Shown here in pieces: positions 55,092 to 64,000 of a DNA stretch of 64,000 bases. Origin of the DNA: an uncultured Subdoligranulum sp. (lineage in GTDB: Bacteria; Bacillota; Clostridia; Christensenellales; CAG-314); the NCBI GenBank assembly GCA_902496185.1, contig CABUZX010000003.1, positions 16,849-80,848 on the forward strand, written 5' to 3'. Made by a program: the position numbers and the translations under genes. The notes under the pieces were generated by a model. That model did no database searches and was not told the origin of the DNA. It saw only the letters and a program-made list of their open reading frames with translations. Position 1 is the first letter of the stretch. Each line of letters begins with the position of its first letter.

Positions 55092-56036
55092 TCAAGATTT
55101 TGCGTCCATTAACAAATACCGCATAAGCAACGCGCACCACTCGCCTTTAACAGAAAAACTCACAAGCTCAAATCCCAAATTGGAAAAAACTTTTTCTACT
55201 TGTTCCTTTTGAGTGGCAAGAATACCGCTTAACGAAATAACAGCGCCGTCGTTTAAAAATTGCGACAACGTGGTTGACAGTCTCGTAAGAATATCAGCCG
55301 TAAGATTTGCAAAACAAAAATCAAATTTGCCGGTAACGCGTTGAGTAAGGTCTCCGCAAATAACTTCGCATTTGTCCGCAAGGTTGTTGAACTCTGCATT
55401 TTTTTGCGTCGCTTCCGTTGCTTGTTTGTCAAGGTCTACGAAAGTGGCGTGTTTTGCGCCCAACAACAACGCAGAAAGCCCCAAAATTCCGCTACCGCAA
55501 CCCATATCCAGCACGGTTTTGTCATAAAAATCAAAGCTTTGGGCAAGCAACAAACACTGCGAAGTAGTTTCGTGATACCCCGTACCAAAAGCAATACCGC
55601 TTTCTATCTTTAAAACCTTTTTTGCGTCACCCTCATACTCCAACCAATTTGGGCACACGCAAACATCTCCGATAACCGTCGGAGTAAAATTTTTTTGCCA
55701 ATTTTTAAGCCAATCGACGTTGGGAGCAGGGACTGATACTATCTTTAAACTACCGCAAGAGTCTTTACCAAAAATTTCTCTTATTTTGTCAAGCTCTGCT
55801 TTTAAAGCGCGCAAAACTTCTTGCTCTTGCTCTTTTGAACAAAAAGCAACTACTTTTACTTCCTCTCCGAACTTTTCTCTGAGACCTTCTTCTATATAGT
55901 CCCAACCACAATTATCCAAATCTTTTACGTCGTACACACTGACTGCGTTTTGAGTTTTCTCTTGCAAAAAATACGCAACGAGATCACTGCACTCCGTCGT
56001 AGTAAAAACCGAAATCTCTATATTTTGTGTAGTCAT
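55092..56036 (-). CDS. prmA: Ribosomal protein L11 methyltransferase
   Basis: SAM motif VLDMGCGSGILG, with a typical PrmA N-domain beginning IEISVFTT. I prefer the ATG at 56036 because the GTG at 56096 would overlap the PadR gene by 43 nt. Neither start has a good SD. Confidence 0.85.
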   Translation of the reverse strand: MTTQNIEISVFTTTECSDLVAYFLQEKTQNAVSVYDVKDLDNCGWDYIEEGLREKFGEEVKVVAFCSKEQEQEVLRALKAELDKIREIFGKDSCGSLKIVSVPAPNVDWLKNWQKNFTPTVIGDVCVCPNWLEYEGDAKKVLKIESGIAFGTGYHETTSQCLLLAQSFDFYDKTVLDMGCGSGILGLSALLLGAKHATFVDLDKQATEATQKNAEFNNLADKCEVICGDLTQRVTGKFDFCFANLTADILTRLSTTLSQFLNDGAVISLSGILATQKEQVEKVFSNLGFELVSFSVKGEWCALLMRYLLMDAKS

Positions 56037-56053
56037 GTCAGGTCGTGCGGTTT

Positions 56054-56386
56054 TTAGCCTATAAGAATATCTATCATTTGTTTTGTCGTTTGCCACTTTG
56101 CCTTGTTGGATTCGTAAACCTTGCGACCTTCCTCCGTAATGCTGTAATACTTACGGGTTGCGCCGACGTTTTCGTCCCCCCAACTACCCTTGATAAGTCT
56201 CAAATCTTCCAATCTATGATAAGCGGAGTAAAGAGATTGTTCGTTGGGTTCGTAAAGACCGTTAGTGCGTTTTGCGATAATACGTCTGATTTCTCCACCG
56301 TACTTTGGGCCATCCAACAACGCGCTTAAAATAAACGTTTCGATATGACCGCGCAAATTGTCACTGTTGAGTACTTGTACTGCCAT
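56054..56386 (-). CDS. PadR-family transcriptional regulator
   Basis: Winged-helix pattern HIETFILSALLDGPKYGGEIRRII...LYSAYHRLEDLRLI...RKYYSITEEGR. SD AGGAGGG. Confidence 0.85.
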   Translation of the reverse strand: MAVQVLNSDNLRGHIETFILSALLDGPKYGGEIRRIIAKRTNGLYEPNEQSLYSAYHRLEDLRLIKGSWGDENVGATRKYYSITEEGRKVYESNKAKWQTTKQMIDILIG

Positions 56387-56569
56387 AATTTAACCCTCCT
56401 AAAATTTGGATTTTCTTTTTATATTATATCACACATAGAAGTATTTGACAAGCATATTTTTTAAACCCGTTTACTCAAAAAAACAAATCAACTCAAAATT
56501 AAAAAAACAAAAAGCACACCGAGTTGAAACAAACCGAAATGCGCTTTTTGTTTTGTTAAGTATTTTGTT

Positions 56570-57679
56570 TTACCCTTGATACAACTTGTTGATATTGTCA
56601 AGATATTCCTTGCGGTGCGGATAATTTTTAAGATTAAGGCTGTTTTCAAACTGTTCCAAAGCTTTTTTCTCGTTTTTACCGACAGATGTAGGTACTTCTA
56701 CCACAGTTTTTATAATAAGGTCGCCGTTTCGCCTAGAAGTTTTAATACCCTTTCCGCGGAAACGGAAAACTTCGCCGTTTTTTGTACCTTCTTTAAGTCG
56801 TTGAATTTCTATTCCGTCCAGCGTAGGTACTTCCACTTCGCCACCGTTTACAGCAGTTGAGTACGAAATAGGCACTTCGACGTAAAGATTTAAGTCGTCG
56901 CGTTTAAATACCCTGCTCGGACTTACGTTTATTACCAAAAGCAAGTTGCCCGCAACACCGTTTTGAGCCTTGCTGGCGTTTCCTTGCCCGCTTGCCGTAA
57001 TAATATTGCCGTTGTCTACGCCTGCCGGTACGGTAATGGTAATTTTTTTCTGTTTAGAAACAACGCCCCTACCCTTGCAAGTTTTGCAAGGATTAGTGAT
57101 TATTTTGCCCGTGCCGTTACATTTATCGCAAGCGCCCACCATAACTTGTCTGCCGAAAATAGTGTTGGTCACTCTTTGAATTCGTCCGCTACCGTTGCAC
57201 TTGTCACACGTTTTTACGTCTGCGGAACTGTTTGCTCCACTACCGCTACAAGCCGAACATCTTTCCTGACGAACAAAGTTTACTTCCTTTTTTACGCCTT
57301 TTGCAGCCTCCATAAACGTAAGATCAATGGTTTGCGTAACGTCACTCCCAACCGATTGGGTAGAAGCGCTACGCGTGCGACCTCCGCCCATAAAACTGCC
57401 AAATATATCGAATATATCTTCAAAACCGTGGGGCATCCCCTGCGAAAATTGAAAACCGTCAAAATCCATTTCACCGTTGTCGTATTTGCGACGATTTTCC
57501 GCGTTGCCCAAAATCTCGTACGCTTCGTTACATTCTTTAAATTTCTCCGCGCAATCTTTATCGTTTGGGTGCAAATCAGGGTGATATTGTTTTGCTTTTT
57601 GTCTATAAGCGGATTTTATTTCATCTTCCGACGCGTTTTTGTCCACGCCGAGTATTGCGTAATAATCTTTTTTTGCCAT
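56570..57679 (-). CDS. dnaJ: Molecular chaperone DnaJ
   Basis: J domain with the HPD motif (YHPDLHP), a G/F region, and four CxxCxGxG zinc motifs. Confidence 0.97.
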   Translation of the reverse strand: MAKKDYYAILGVDKNASEDEIKSAYRQKAKQYHPDLHPNDKDCAEKFKECNEAYEILGNAENRRKYDNGEMDFDGFQFSQGMPHGFEDIFDIFGSFMGGGRTRSASTQSVGSDVTQTIDLTFMEAAKGVKKEVNFVRQERCSACSGSGANSSADVKTCDKCNGSGRIQRVTNTIFGRQVMVGACDKCNGTGKIITNPCKTCKGRGVVSKQKKITITVPAGVDNGNIITASGQGNASKAQNGVAGNLLLVINVSPSRVFKRDDLNLYVEVPISYSTAVNGGEVEVPTLDGIEIQRLKEGTKNGEVFRFRGKGIKTSRRNGDLIIKTVVEVPTSVGKNEKKALEQFENSLNLKNYPHRKEYLDNINKLYQG

Positions 57680-57756
57680 AATATTTTGCCATCGGGCAAA
57701 AACCCGAATACGTTATTTATTTTATATTTTTTAGTTGAGGTCAAATTACACCGTCA

Positions 57757-57782
57757 GGCGAACGGCAAAAATACCGTTCGCC
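57757..57782 (-). other. Perfect 9-bp hairpin in the dnaK-dnaJ intergenic region
   Basis: GGCGAACGG-8 nt-CCGTTCGCC. No clean U-tract follows, so it may be a partial terminator or a processing or stability element. Confidence 0.45.
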
Positions 57783-57809
57783 CGTATCAATTATTTAATT
57801 TTTTTACTT

Positions 57810-59657
57810 TTAAGCGTCTTTTACGTCAAAATCCACGTTTTCGCCGTTGCTGTCTTGCGCAGTACCTGCGTCGGAATTTTGTTGAGCGTTGGCGTCAGCG
57901 GCGTGCTGTTGATAGAACTTTTGGAAAATCTCGGCGCTTTCCTTTGCGATTTTGTCCGTTACGGATTTGATTTCTTCTACGTTAAGGTCAGCGTAGTTTT
58001 GATTTTTGTCTGATACTTCCTTACCTTCCTTAATGAGTTGCTCTACTTTTTCCTTATCGGCAGAGTCGAGTTTGTCTCCACTTTCCTTAATAAAGCTTTC
58101 AAGAGAAAAAACCATCTGGTCAAGTCCATTTTTGGCGTCGATACTTTCCTTACGTTTTTTGTCTTCTTCCGCGTATTTTTCGGCGTCTTTTACAGCCTTA
58201 TCGATATCGGCTTCGGACAAATTGGTTGTAGAACTGATGGTAACGGATTGTTCCTTTTGAGTGCCCAAATCTTTTGCCGTAACGTGCACGATACCGTTTG
58301 CGTCAATATCAAATTTAACTTCGATTTGCGGTATTCCACGTGGAGCCGGAGCAATACCCGTAAGCTGGAATCTACCCAAAGTTTTGTTATCCGCAGCCAT
58401 TTGACGTTCTCCCTGCAAAACGTGTATGTCTACCGTCGTCTGATTGTCTGCCGCGGTGGAAAATACTTGCGATTTGCTGGTAGGTATCGTAGTATTGCGC
58501 TCAATAAGTCTCGTCGTAACTCCACCGAGAGTCTCGATACCGAGTGACAACGGTGTTACGTCCAACAACAAAACGTCTTTAACTTCGCCACCCAAAACGC
58601 CTGCTTGGATAGCCGCGCCTATTGCAACACATTCGTCGGGGTTAATACCTTTGTAAGGCTCTTTGCCGACAAAATTCTTTACTGCTTCCACTACTGCAGG
58701 GATACGGGTAGAACCACCTACCAAAATTACGCGCTTGAGATCTTCCGGCTTAAGATTTGCGTCTGAAAGAGCTTGCTTCATAGGAGCTAACGTTCTCTTT
58801 ACCAAACCTTCGGTAAGGCTATCAAACTTTGCGCGAGTAAGGTCTACGTCAAGGTGTTTAGGTCCGGTTGCGTCCGCCGTAATAAAGGGCAAATTGATAT
58901 TGGTCTTTGTGGTTGAAGACAATTCTATCTTTGCCTTTTCCGCCGCATCCTTAAGTCTTTGGATTGCCTGTTTGTCTTGCTTAAGGTCTATTCCGTTGGA
59001 TTTTTTAAATTCTTCCACCAAATAGTCTATGACAATATTGTCAAAGTCGTCACCACCAAGATGCGTATCGCCGTTTGTAGACAAAACTTCAAATACGCCG
59101 TCGCCGATTTCCAAAATAGAAACGTCAAACGTACCGCCACCAAGGTCGTAAATAAGTATTTTTTGATTTTTGTTTTCGCCTTTGTCCAAGCCGTAAGCCA
59201 AAGCCGCTGCGGTCGGCTCGTTGATGATACGCAAAACTTCGAGACCTGCGATTTTGCCTGCGTCTTTTGTCGCTTGACGTTGACTGTCGTTAAAGTATGC
59301 AGGTACGGTAATAACAGCTTGCGTTACTTTCGAACCCAAATACGCCTCGGCGTCGTTTTTGAGTTTTGTCAAAACCATTGCGGAAATTTCCTGCGGGGTG
59401 TAAGCCTTTCCGTCTATTTGTACTTTGTAATCTTGTCCCATATGGCGCTTGATAGACATAACCGTTCTTTCGCCGTTGACTACTGCCTGACGTTTTGCCA
59501 CCTGCCCTACTAATCTTTCGCCGTCCTTTGTAAAACCTACGACGCTCGGAGTCGTACGGCTACCTTCTGAGTTTTGGATAACGACGGGTTCACCGCCTTC
59601 CAATACTGCCACGCAACTGTTTGTCGTGCCCAAGTCTATACCGATAATTTTTCCCAT
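57810..59657 (-). CDS. dnaK: Molecular chaperone DnaK (Hsp70)
   Basis: [23 protein letters not shown], 615 aa. Confidence 0.98.
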   Translation of the reverse strand: MGKIIGIDLGTTNSCVAVLEGGEPVVIQNSEGSRTTPSVVGFTKDGERLVGQVAKRQAVVNGERTVMSIKRHMGQDYKVQIDGKAYTPQEISAMVLTKLKNDAEAYLGSKVTQAVITVPAYFNDSQRQATKDAGKIAGLEVLRIINEPTAAALAYGLDKGENKNQKILIYDLGGGTFDVSILEIGDGVFEVLSTNGDTHLGGDDFDNIVIDYLVEEFKKSNGIDLKQDKQAIQRLKDAAEKAKIELSSTTKTNINLPFITADATGPKHLDVDLTRAKFDSLTEGLVKRTLAPMKQALSDANLKPEDLKRVILVGGSTRIPAVVEAVKNFVGKEPYKGINPDECVAIGAAIQAGVLGGEVKDVLLLDVTPLSLGIETLGGVTTRLIERNTTIPTSKSQVFSTAADNQTTVDIHVLQGERQMAADNKTLGRFQLTGIAPAPRGIPQIEVKFDIDANGIVHVTAKDLGTQKEQSVTISSTTNLSEADIDKAVKDAEKYAEEDKKRKESIDAKNGLDQMVFSLESFIKESGDKLDSADKEKVEQLIKEGKEVSDKNQNYADLNVEEIKSVTDKIAKESAEIFQKFYQQHAADANAQQNSDAGTAQDSNGENVDFDVKDA

Positions 59658-59693
59658 AATATATTTCTCCTTTTACGTTAAATTTTTTTTATT

Positions 59694-60344
59694 TTAAGAC
59701 GCCGTTTCTTCAAAAACGCCTACGCAAACCGTAGCGTATCTCAACACTTTTTCGCCGTAGATATAACCGCTTGCGTATTCTTCCAACACCAAATTATCTT
59801 GCTGTTTGTCTAAAACGGGTTGTTTATAAACTGCCGAACAGACGTTTGGGTCAAATTCCTTACCCAATACTTCCATTTTTTTGACGCCCACTTGATTAAG
59901 TATGCTTTCAAACTGCTTTAAAACAAGGTTAAAAGTTTCCATTTCTTCCTTTTTGAGCATTTGACGGGCCTTGTCAAAAGTATCGAGTATCGGAAAGATT
60001 TTTTCCACCACCTCCATCCTGCCGTCGGCTTTTGCCGTTTCGACGGAAGAAGTCGTGCGTCTGCGATAATTTTCGAAATCACTCTTTAATATAACCAACT
60101 GATTGAGATATTCTTCGCCCTTTTTGATTTGTTTTTTAAGTTCTTCCTGCTCTGCCAAAAGCTGTTCGTTTTCCTCCTTTAGAGCCGAAATAACGCTTTG
60201 CGCAAACTCACGCAAATCCTTATCCTTTACGGAAGAAATATCCCAAGACGGTCTTTGGTTTTGCTCGACTGTTTGTTTTTGCGTAGTTTCGTTTGCAAAA
60301 CCAGCGTCCTTGTTTGTCGTATCGTTTTGTTTTTTGTTTGCCAT
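59694..60344 (-). CDS. grpE: Nucleotide exchange factor GrpE
   Basis: A coiled-coil N-terminal half and a GrpE C-terminal beta domain. I chose the start at MANKK (60344, after AAGAGG). The ATG at 60365 would overlap the hrcA stop. Confidence 0.9.
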   Translation of the reverse strand: MANKKQNDTTNKDAGFANETTQKQTVEQNQRPSWDISSVKDKDLREFAQSVISALKEENEQLLAEQEELKKQIKKGEEYLNQLVILKSDFENYRRRTTSSVETAKADGRMEVVEKIFPILDTFDKARQMLKKEEMETFNLVLKQFESILNQVGVKKMEVLGKEFDPNVCSAVYKQPVLDKQQDNLVLEEYASGYIYGEKVLRYATVCVGVFEETAS

Positions 60345-60357
60345 TTGTTTACCTCTT

Positions 60358-61413
60358 TTAGTCATTGGTGTCGTCTGCGTCTTTTGTCAATATTTTTTCC
60401 ACGACTTTGTTTATTTGGTCAAGCACCGAAATGACTTTTTTGTAATCCATTCTTATAGGACCGATTACCCCCGCGCTACCCAAGGTCTTTTCGTTGAGCG
60501 AAATTTTTGCAGACACGCAACTACAGCCGTCGGGCAACCCTTGACTTTCTGCCCCTATTTTGACGGAAAAATCCAATCCTTCCGAATCGGAAAACATGGT
60601 TGCAAGCGTCTGCTTTTGCTCTAAAGCCGCCAAAAAGTTTTTGGTTTTGCCAATGTCCGAACTGTATTCGGGATAATCGAATATTTTCGTCGTGCCCTCC
60701 GTTACAATGTCCTCGGCACGACTGTTTGCAACTTGCTGTATCAACTCCAAAATCTTTAAATACAGTTGCCTTATTCCTACGATTTCCTTTGCCAACAACT
60801 CCATAGGACCGGTTTTTGTTGCAAGCTCCTTAAAAGTTTTGCCGACAAACATTTTGTTGAGTAATTTGTTTGCCGACGCGTACGCCTCTGTCATAAGGTC
60901 GGGTACGTCTATAATATTGTCCTTGAGTACGTTTAGATCGGTAACCATTACCACCAACGCTTTGCCGTCTCCCAGTGACAAAACGGAAATAGACTTTATT
61001 CTTTCCGTATCAAAGTCGCCCTTAAGAGCTACGGCGGTGTAATTGGTGATTTCCGACACTACTTTTGCAACGGAAGAAACAAGCTCCTTCACATCGGCAA
61101 ATCCGTCCGCAAAAACTCTATTTACCTTTTTTTCAATCAGCGCAGTTTCCGTATCGGTGAGAGGCTTTTTTTCCATAAGCTCATCAACGTAAAGCCTAAA
61201 TGCCTTTTCCGTCGGTATACGTCCCGCCGAAACGTGCGGTTGTTGCAAATATCCCATACTCTCCAACGCCGACAACTCGTTGCGAATCGTCGCAGAAGAA
61301 CACTCGTTGAGATACTTGGATTGCAAATCTTTGCTACATATCGGCTGGCCTGAAGAAATGTACTCCTCCACCAACGCCCAAAGTATTTTTCTTTTTCTTT
61401 CGGAAAGATTCAT
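60358..61413 (-). CDS. hrcA: Heat-inducible transcription repressor HrcA
   Basis: The start at MNLSERKRKILWALVEEYISSGQPICSKDL follows GAGGAGA. It is the first gene of the hrcA-grpE-dnaK-dnaJ operon, with CIRCE upstream. Confidence 0.92.
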   Translation of the reverse strand: MNLSERKRKILWALVEEYISSGQPICSKDLQSKYLNECSSATIRNELSALESMGYLQQPHVSAGRIPTEKAFRLYVDELMEKKPLTDTETALIEKKVNRVFADGFADVKELVSSVAKVVSEITNYTAVALKGDFDTERIKSISVLSLGDGKALVVMVTDLNVLKDNIIDVPDLMTEAYASANKLLNKMFVGKTFKELATKTGPMELLAKEIVGIRQLYLKILELIQQVANSRAEDIVTEGTTKIFDYPEYSSDIGKTKNFLAALEQKQTLATMFSDSEGLDFSVKIGAESQGLPDGCSCVSAKISLNEKTLGSAGVIGPIRMDYKKVISVLDQINKVVEKILTKDADDTND

Positions 61414-61467
61414 TTGCTTTTCTCCTCGGTCAAAACGGTTTGCGCCTTGCAATCTTTTTGTTGAGTG

Positions 61468-61494
61468 TTAGCACTCTTTTGTGATGAGTGCTAA
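61468..61494. promoter_or_regulatory. CIRCE operator (HrcA binding site), perfect consensus
   Basis: TTAGCACTC-N9-GAGTGCTAA, exactly matched, located between the promoter and the hrcA start. Confidence 0.95.
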
Positions 61495-61505
61495 CAAGCA
61501 ACTAT

Positions 61506-61534
61506 AAAATATCACCGTTTTGAAAAGATGTCAA
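61506..61534 (-). promoter_or_regulatory. SigA-type promoter TTGACA-17-TATTTT (TGn extended) for the hrcA operon
   Basis: On the minus strand, the -35 is at 61534-61529 and the -10 at 61511-61506, directly upstream of CIRCE. Confidence 0.6.
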
Positions 61535-61540
61535 CTGTTT

Positions 61541-61558
61541 TTTTGCATTTTTTGCATT
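61541..61558. repeat. Exact tandem 9-mer TTTTGCATT x2, immediately upstream of the hrcA -35
   Basis: The copies are at 61541-61549 and 61550-61558. The position corresponds to an UP element or an operator. Confidence 0.6.
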
Positions 61559-61733
61559 GATTTATAAAATTTTTTTTGACTACTCAAAACGGTGAAAAAA
61601 TTATTTTTTTTAGTATAAGTTGCGCGTATAAACATATGCTATTTATTTTTATTTTGCCCCAAAAAACGCAATGAAATACTATAAAAACAAAAATTTTAAA
61701 AATTAATTTAAGCAATTTTGTCAAGCTCAAAAA

Positions 61734-62657
61734 TTATTGTTGTTGCTTGTTTGAAAAATACGCTCTTAAGCTGTCGTACCTATCCCCCAAGTGCGACTTA
61801 AACGCCGTACTGCCCTCCAAAATTTGCAAAGCTGTTTCGGGCGGATATTGATCAAGAACTTTTTTTACTGCATTGTACTTTTCAATTGCTTTTTGCTCTT
61901 CGACACCGGACTCTCCTATACGTTCCGTCAATTCAAGAATTTCTTGCAATCTTTGCCACTCTTGTTTTTCCAGCTCGGCAAGCTGGTCGGCAAGGCTTTT
62001 TTTGTACTTTGCTTCCTTCTCCTCCACGGAATTGTTGTATTTTGTAACTTCGTCTGCTTTTTCCAATGCTTCCTGACGGATTTCCTCAGTTTTGTCGGCA
62101 ATTTTTTTAGCGTAAATTTCTTCCAACGCCTCAAGCTGTTGCTTTGCGGAGTCCGTCAAATTGCTTTTTTGCGTTTCGATATCGTTTAAAGAATTATCTG
62201 TGTTTTGTTGCAAAGTATTCAAGGCTTGCTCGGCAAGAGTGTTTATTTTGTCCATCATACCGCTTTTTATGCTACTATTCGTAAGATTATTTTTTTGCGC
62301 GGAATAATTAGTGTTTTTTAAATCCGCGTCACGCTCGGTGGCAATTTCTATTTGTCCTTGCGTTGCTTTGTCCAAAATGCTTTTTGCTTTTTGCGCAAGA
62401 CTTTGCAAGGTTTTTGAAGTAGAATCGTTAATTTGAGAAACTTCCTTTTGCTTGTTTGCGGAGTAATATTGCTCTGCCAAGCGAGAAATTTCCTCTTCCG
62501 AAGGCATTTCGTAGGTTAGTTTTTGCATACCCAGCGAATCCGGCGCGTCCACCCTTTGCTCTTGATACGTAGTACTGTATTTGTTGTCGATTTTTGCCAT
62601 GCTGTCCAATAATTGCTTGTAAATTTTGGATGCATCATCTAATTGCTTAATGCTCAT
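61734..62657 (-). CDS. Hypothetical coiled-coil protein (307 aa)
   Basis: SD AAGGAGAGA. It is Q/E/K-rich with a heptad-like sequence throughout. I recognise no family. Confidence 0.6.
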   Translation of the reverse strand: MSIKQLDDASKIYKQLLDSMAKIDNKYSTTYQEQRVDAPDSLGMQKLTYEMPSEEEISRLAEQYYSANKQKEVSQINDSTSKTLQSLAQKAKSILDKATQGQIEIATERDADLKNTNYSAQKNNLTNSSIKSGMMDKINTLAEQALNTLQQNTDNSLNDIETQKSNLTDSAKQQLEALEEIYAKKIADKTEEIRQEALEKADEVTKYNNSVEEKEAKYKKSLADQLAELEKQEWQRLQEILELTERIGESGVEEQKAIEKYNAVKKVLDQYPPETALQILEGSTAFKSHLGDRYDSLRAYFSNKQQQ

Positions 62658-62687
62658 TGTCTCTCCTTTATTTGTTTATTATTTTTG

Positions 62688-63899
62688 TCACGCCAAAATA
62701 TATTTTCCGTCGTCGTAAACCGCAAAGCCGTTCAAAGTCTTTGCAACGGCAGTATCACGACTGCAATATCTTTTTTTAAAAACGGTTTCCGTCACGCCTT
62801 CGTCTGTAAGAGTCAGCCTATATTCAGTTAGCAAACCGTTTTTTAACGCCCCAATAAGAAAAATATTGTCAATCGCATAAGCTCCGCATCCGTTTGGCTC
62901 GGAAAGTATTTTTACCACCGTAGTGTAATAAACGGAGTTTTGCACGCTTACCAACGCCGTCACCACGGAGTTTAATCCCCACACCACGAGGTAAGTCGTG
63001 CTGTCTTCGGCATAGACGTCGTACGGCGTGACGTAAACGCCCCTTACCTTTTGACTGACTTCGCCAAACACCAACCTTTGGCTTTTCGTCTCGGATTTCG
63101 TTGCAAACAAATTGGTCACACAAAACCTATACAACTCTCCCTGGGACACAAAATACACGTCACCGCTTTGGCTAGTTCTGAAAAAAAAGTCGCAGTCGCT
63201 CCCTATTGCAAGCGATACTCCAATAGGCACGAAATTATTTTGCTCGTCAAATAAAGATATTTTCCAAACGCCCTCCTGCGCTTTGTAAAGAATATAAAGG
63301 TTTTGCAAAAAATACTTTATTTTTACCTTTTGCGGTAAATCCGCCTCCGCAAAAGTCATCAATTTGCCCTTCGTTCTGTCCAAGTCTTCGTCTAACAAAT
63401 AAAAACCGTCGGTATATTTTGCAACAAACAGCTCTTTCCCCGAAAAACCTTTTTCAAAACTGATTTCCGGCGTAAAAACTTGTTTAATACCACTACCCGT
63501 CACACAAAAACAAGCGTCGGAAAGGCTAAACCCATCAGTAAAACTACTTACCGTTATACTTAAATTATGATTACCGACCGCTACGTACAAATTTTTGCAA
63601 TATGAGAAATAATTGTCCATTTCAGACAAAAATCTTACGTTTTTTTCAAAAAAAGTTACGCCGTCCATTTTGAGAATTATTTTAGCGCTACCACTACTAA
63701 ACGTACCTGAAAAGCTGATTTCCGTCCAACCTGCCCTGCCTTTAAAAAAAGCCGTGTCGAGATTAGTTGTTTTAGTTACGTCCGAAAACACGGTATCAAA
63801 AACGTAAAGCTTAATTTTTTCAGAATTTGATGCAACCATTGACAAAATTTCTTGTTGCATATCGTCTTTTTTAAAAGTTTGTTTAATACCGAAATTCAT
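62688..63899 (-). CDS. Hypothetical beta-rich protein (403 aa)
   Basis: AAGGAG lies upstream. The start is 1 nt after the stop of the preceding partial gene. I recognise no family. Confidence 0.6.
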   Translation of the reverse strand: MNFGIKQTFKKDDMQQEILSMVASNSEKIKLYVFDTVFSDVTKTTNLDTAFFKGRAGWTEISFSGTFSSGSAKIILKMDGVTFFEKNVRFLSEMDNYFSYCKNLYVAVGNHNLSITVSSFTDGFSLSDACFCVTGSGIKQVFTPEISFEKGFSGKELFVAKYTDGFYLLDEDLDRTKGKLMTFAEADLPQKVKIKYFLQNLYILYKAQEGVWKISLFDEQNNFVPIGVSLAIGSDCDFFFRTSQSGDVYFVSQGELYRFCVTNLFATKSETKSQRLVFGEVSQKVRGVYVTPYDVYAEDSTTYLVVWGLNSVVTALVSVQNSVYYTTVVKILSEPNGCGAYAIDNIFLIGALKNGLLTEYRLTLTDEGVTETVFKKRYCSRDTAVAKTLNGFAVYDDGKYILA

Positions 63900-63900
63900 A

Positions 63901-64000
63901 TCACGCGTACTCCTTAAACACCAATTGCGGACGACTCACAAACATATTTTCCGTTTTGCAAACTATTTGCATACCAAAGCTTTCGCCCACAAGATTGAGC
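63901..64000 (-). CDS. C-terminal end of an unidentified gene that runs off the window
   Basis: The frame is open to the window edge and ends ...RPQLVFKEYA* at the TGA at 63903-63901. Confidence 0.4.
   Translation of the reverse strand, partial: LNLVGESFGMQIVCKTENMFVSRPQLVFKEYA

Noticed and set aside
56963-57970. 335-aa ORF on the plus strand.
   Set aside because: It is antisense to dnaJ and the dnaK 3' end. It reads through the intergenic hairpin and has an implausible composition, so it is a shadow ORF. The same reasoning applies to 52625-53269 (antisense to tnaA), 30689-31342 (antisense to iorA), 1405-1908, 4002-4499 and 36511-37032.
1-64000. CRISPR arrays, toxin-antitoxin pairs, restriction-modification or other recognisable defence systems.
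   Set aside because: I saw no regularly spaced direct repeats and no Cas, methyltransferase, nuclease, toxin or antitoxin-like ORF pairs. The MutS-like and P-loop pair is better explained by its kam-operon context than as a defence module, although that alternative cannot be fully excluded without searches.

Overview
This is a 64-kb chromosomal window read by eye, with no searches run. The sequence looks moderately AT-rich and uses the standard bacterial code: TGA, TAA and TAG all terminate clear genes. Gene content points to an endospore-forming, amino-acid-fermenting Firmicute of Clostridia type. The evidence is a pro-sigma-K gene, an HrcA/CIRCE-controlled hrcA-grpE-dnaK-dnaJ operon, and a type-A-like RNase P RNA.

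Most of the window is core housekeeping:
- Stress, repair and translation: lepA fragment, clpB, typA, uvrBA, coaX, rpsU, RNase J, dtd, prmA, mtaB.
- Metabolism: serCA, iorAB, nfnAB, tnaA.
- RNA genes: five tRNA genes that all encode their CCA ends, and rnpB.

The most coherent system is a complete lysine-fermentation operon, kal-kce-kdd-kamA-kamD-kamE-atoD-atoA (16769-24015).
- It sits behind a lysine riboswitch whose P1 3' strand lies inside the 5' arm of an intrinsic terminator. That geometry predicts a lysine-activated ON switch.
- Immediately upstream is a separately transcribed P-loop ATPase plus MutS-domain-V ATPase pair, and a divergent cob(I)alamin adenosyltransferase. I propose these as a cofactor maintenance or reactivation module for the B12-dependent 5,6-aminomutase.

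Other points worth a second look:
- Two consensus promoters placed 6 nt from SD-less ATGs, which are leaderless mRNA candidates.
- An RHH-domain gene co-transcribed with clpB.
- A tiny protein with 13 Cys in 85 residues.
- A CAT-fold acyltransferase-like protein with Glu at the expected catalytic His position and a Lys-rich tail.
- An RNase P RNA that appears to lack P12.
- Three copies of a 12-mer around the hrcA promoter and CIRCE.
- A terminator-like leader hairpin upstream of an orphan gene.
- A decayed yyaL-like gene relic between tRNA loci.
- Several orphan gene clusters.

I saw no CRISPR array, transposase, integrase or obvious prophage. All coordinates for promoters, hairpins and RNA ends are hand-derived and approximate.
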